Shown one piece after another: positions 61,560-64,000 of a DNA stretch of 64,000 nucleotides; position 1 is the first letter of the stretch, and the number at the start of each line of letters is the position of its first letter. The DNA comes from Antechinus flavipes. Lineage: Eukaryota. The stretch lies in assembly GCF_016432865.1 (NCBI RefSeq), contig NC_067400.1, forward strand, positions 299,150,001 through 299,214,000. Reading direction: 5' to 3'. Position numbers and translations under genes: made by a program. The notes below the pieces were generated by a model, which saw only the letters and a list, made by a program, of their open reading frames with translations, was not told the origin of the DNA and searched no databases.

Positions 61560-62133
61560 CTTCAAAAACTTTTCTGTGCTCAATAAACTCCAGTGATTAC
61601 CTATTACCTCTAGAATAAATATAAAATTGTCTGTTATGGTGTTTAAAACTCTTCATAACCTCTCTCCTTCCTCTACCTTTCCAATCTTTACACCCTACAC
61701 TATACCCCTTCTCCCCCCAAAAAAGCAAAGCACAAAAACAAAGACAAAAACCATCTCTTCAAACTCCCAACATTGGCCTTCTTTCTATATTGCTTGAACA
61801 CAGCACTTCAATTGCCAGCTCTGTGCATTTTCTCTGACTATCCCCACTTTCTTCCTCACCACCTCCTCACATCCTTGTCTTCTTCAGGTCCCAGCAGAAA
61901 TATTATCTTCTATAAAAAGCCTTTCTTGATCCCTCTTAATTCTGGTGCCTTTCTTTCTCCTGTTATTTGCAATTTATCCTATATCAAATTTGGTTGTAAC
62001 ATGGTGCTTTGAATGTTGTCTTCTTGTCTCCTTGAAAGCAGAGATTGGTTTTTCCCCCCTTTCCTTGTATCCACAGAGCTTAACATAATGCCTTGTACTT
62101 AGTAGGCACTTAATAAATGTTTATTGACCAACT
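61560..62133 (+). mobile_element. L2 3' end
   Basis: aaactccagtgattacctattacctctagaataaat...tagtaggcacttaataaatgtttattgac. Confidence 0.85.
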
Positions 62134-62249
62134 AATTCCCCATACTCCAACATGCAAGTCTCTCCTGCTTTTAGAATTTTGTTCTTATGGGAAATAAAAA
62201 TTCAGAGGCTAATGTGGGAGTTAGACCAAATCAAAGTGTCATCTAATTT

Positions 62250-62650
62250 TTATGGAGATCTTGAGACCTTTTGGGAAATCCATGGGATTAAAAACTCTTT
62301 TGGTAATAATAGTAAGACATTATTTGCCTATTAAAATACTCCCCCCTTTTCCAACTACATATTGAGGTTAGATTTTCTAAATATACTTCAAAATAACATA
62401 GCACAACAGATTGAATGCAGATGTAGATATGAGAATAAAGCTGCCATTAGGCTAGACATTGAAGATATTTACAAGAAATATGAAAAAAATGCCAATTCTT
62501 CTTACCTGAATATTTCTTTGTTTGGAAAATAGCTATTTTCATTTAAAATGTTATTTAAATTAACATGCAACGTGTTTATTGTCATTATTGTAAATGAACT
62601 AATAAATATTTTAAAATTTGATCAGGTTTAATTTCTAATATCATAAATAC
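62250..62650 (+). mobile_element. Internally deleted Charlie1-family hAT DNA transposon
   Basis: taataatagtaagacattatttgcc joined to ccaactacat...acagattgaatgcagatgtagatatgagaat, matching the recalled Charlie1 transposase C-terminus and 3' end. Confidence 0.75.
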
Positions 62651-63559
62651 CATTTGATATTATCTGAATGAACAAGAACTTTTTCCTTTGTCAAAATTTC
62701 TTAATAGTTGTTGTCAAATCACTCCAGTGGACAACTGGAATCCCCATTCCTTTCTGGAATAAGATAATGAGTCATGATTTTTTCTAGCCTTGGAAACTTG
62801 GCGTAATGACCTTTCATTATGTCAGTTTTCCCAGCTTATTTATTTAGTGGAAATGTCCTACAGAAAGACAGATTAGAGTGTAAGGCCAAAAAAATGGATT
62901 TGGTCACTTGGATTGAATGTATCACTCATGGGATCTAACCAAGCTCACTTAAAAACCATCTGGGTTTAAGATTCACCCCCAGAATGAGAACTCAATCAAA
63001 AACAGTATTGGAAAGAAGAACCCATGTCTCAACTATTCCAGGCATAACTCCAAGTCATGCATTCTATAAAGTGGAGATAATTACACCTGTTCCCTCCTGA
63101 TTACATGGAGATATTATGGGAATTATTTAAATAATGACTGTCAGAAAATCTTAATTCCTCTGAGAGAAATGCTATATAAATACAACATATGATTATTCAG
63201 AATGTCATCCTACCTGTAAATATCAGGACAGATATTCAGATTATGAGATAAGACCCAAAAGTCACAATGCCACTCGAAATTTCTGCAGACTCCAAAGGTT
63301 CTCCAGAAAATTCAATTGTGCCCTAACCATAGGAGCAGAATGTTTTACACAAAGAAACTTTACACAGCCATGTGACTACCTCCCATCACTGAGATTGGAG
63401 ATAGTTACATAGCTGATCTTTTCTTCCTTTAAATGAGAGTTCCAGAGCAAAGATGTTCTATTTCTGTAGTCAAGTTTGGTCCCTCTTAAGTGAAATTTTC
63501 TTTCATGGGGCATCTTATGTACTTGGAAATCATAAGCCCTATCTTTCAATCTTATTTTC

Positions 63560-63985
63560 CTGGCACTTGTTAGCCAAATGACATTTTGTGAGACATTTAG
63601 CCTCTCTGAAACCTCAGTTTCCTCATCTGTAAAATGGAAACTTGCACCACTTACATCATAAAGTTATTGTATTTGGTGGTGTTAAAGTGCTACATGTGCT
63701 TTGAATTATCATGACATTTGTTATGGTTAAGACCTCTGAGTGGAGTCTTACACCCCAGCTAGGTGGTATAAGGGACAGAGCTCTGGACCTGGAGTCAGGA
63801 AAACTCATCTTCCTGAGTTCAAATCCAGCTTTGGACCTTTAGTGTGGGCAAGTCATTAACCCTATTTACTTCAGTCTCCTTATCTATAAAGTGAAGTGGA
63901 GAAAGAAATGGCAAATTATTCTAGTATCTCTGCCAAGAAAATGGGGTCACAAAGTATGAGACATGACTGAAAAACAACTGAACTG
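63560..63985 (+). mobile_element. MIR fragment (~63560-63710) and MAR1 (~63757-63985)
   Basis: ctcagtttcctcatctgtaaaatgg; cagctaggtgg...gagaaagaaatggcaaa...tctctgccaagaaa. Confidence 0.8.
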
Positions 63986-64000
63986 AAAGACTTCTGGAGA

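Noticed and set aside
354-62334. The many 60-195 aa ORFs in the supplied track
   Set aside because: Apart from those overlapping BBX exons (9280-9636, 19716-19916, 21729-22298) and the L1 ORF2 remnant (55850-56104), they fall in repeats, introns, N gaps or low-complexity DNA and resemble no protein I recognise.
1-64000. CRISPR arrays, rRNA, tRNA, snRNA genes or prokaryote-type systems
   Set aside because: None seen; tRNA-like motifs occur only as SINE heads.

Overview
Eukaryotic, AT-rich (roughly two-thirds A+T) mammalian genomic DNA. The repeat content (MAR1 and WSINE1-type CORE-SINEs, abundant MIR/L2, an RTE LINE, an L1 3' end) points to an Australian marsupial, probably a dasyurid such as the Tasmanian devil; the species is an inference. 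The first ~34.7 kb hold the 3' end of BBX (HMG-box transcription factor, bobby sox homolog) on the + strand. Four intact coding exons lie at 9392-9481, 19615-19812, 22102-22294 and 28818-28905 and splice in frame to the C-terminus ...PQAPVLISCADQ*. A ~5.7 kb 3'UTR follows, ending at AATAAA signals near 34624-34642. The remaining ~29 kb is gene-free, repeat-rich intergenic DNA. It contains an ERV solo LTR nested in a truncated L1 (both with target-site duplications), local duplications and a few candidate enhancers. The most notable observation is a 60-nt intronic segment at 11083-11142. It matches, in length, phase and position, a coding exon of human BBX as I recall it (GSGDKWSNKQLFLDAIHPTE), but it carries an in-frame TAA and has no GT at the in-frame donor position while keeping a strong acceptor. 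It is therefore a dead, poison or proto-exon. Nearly all ORFs in the supplied track are chance ORFs. Three N gaps are present. I see no convincing wholly novel genetic system; the findings are mainly about splicing evolution, RNA elements and local rearrangements. Repeat boundaries are approximate unless a TSD is quoted.
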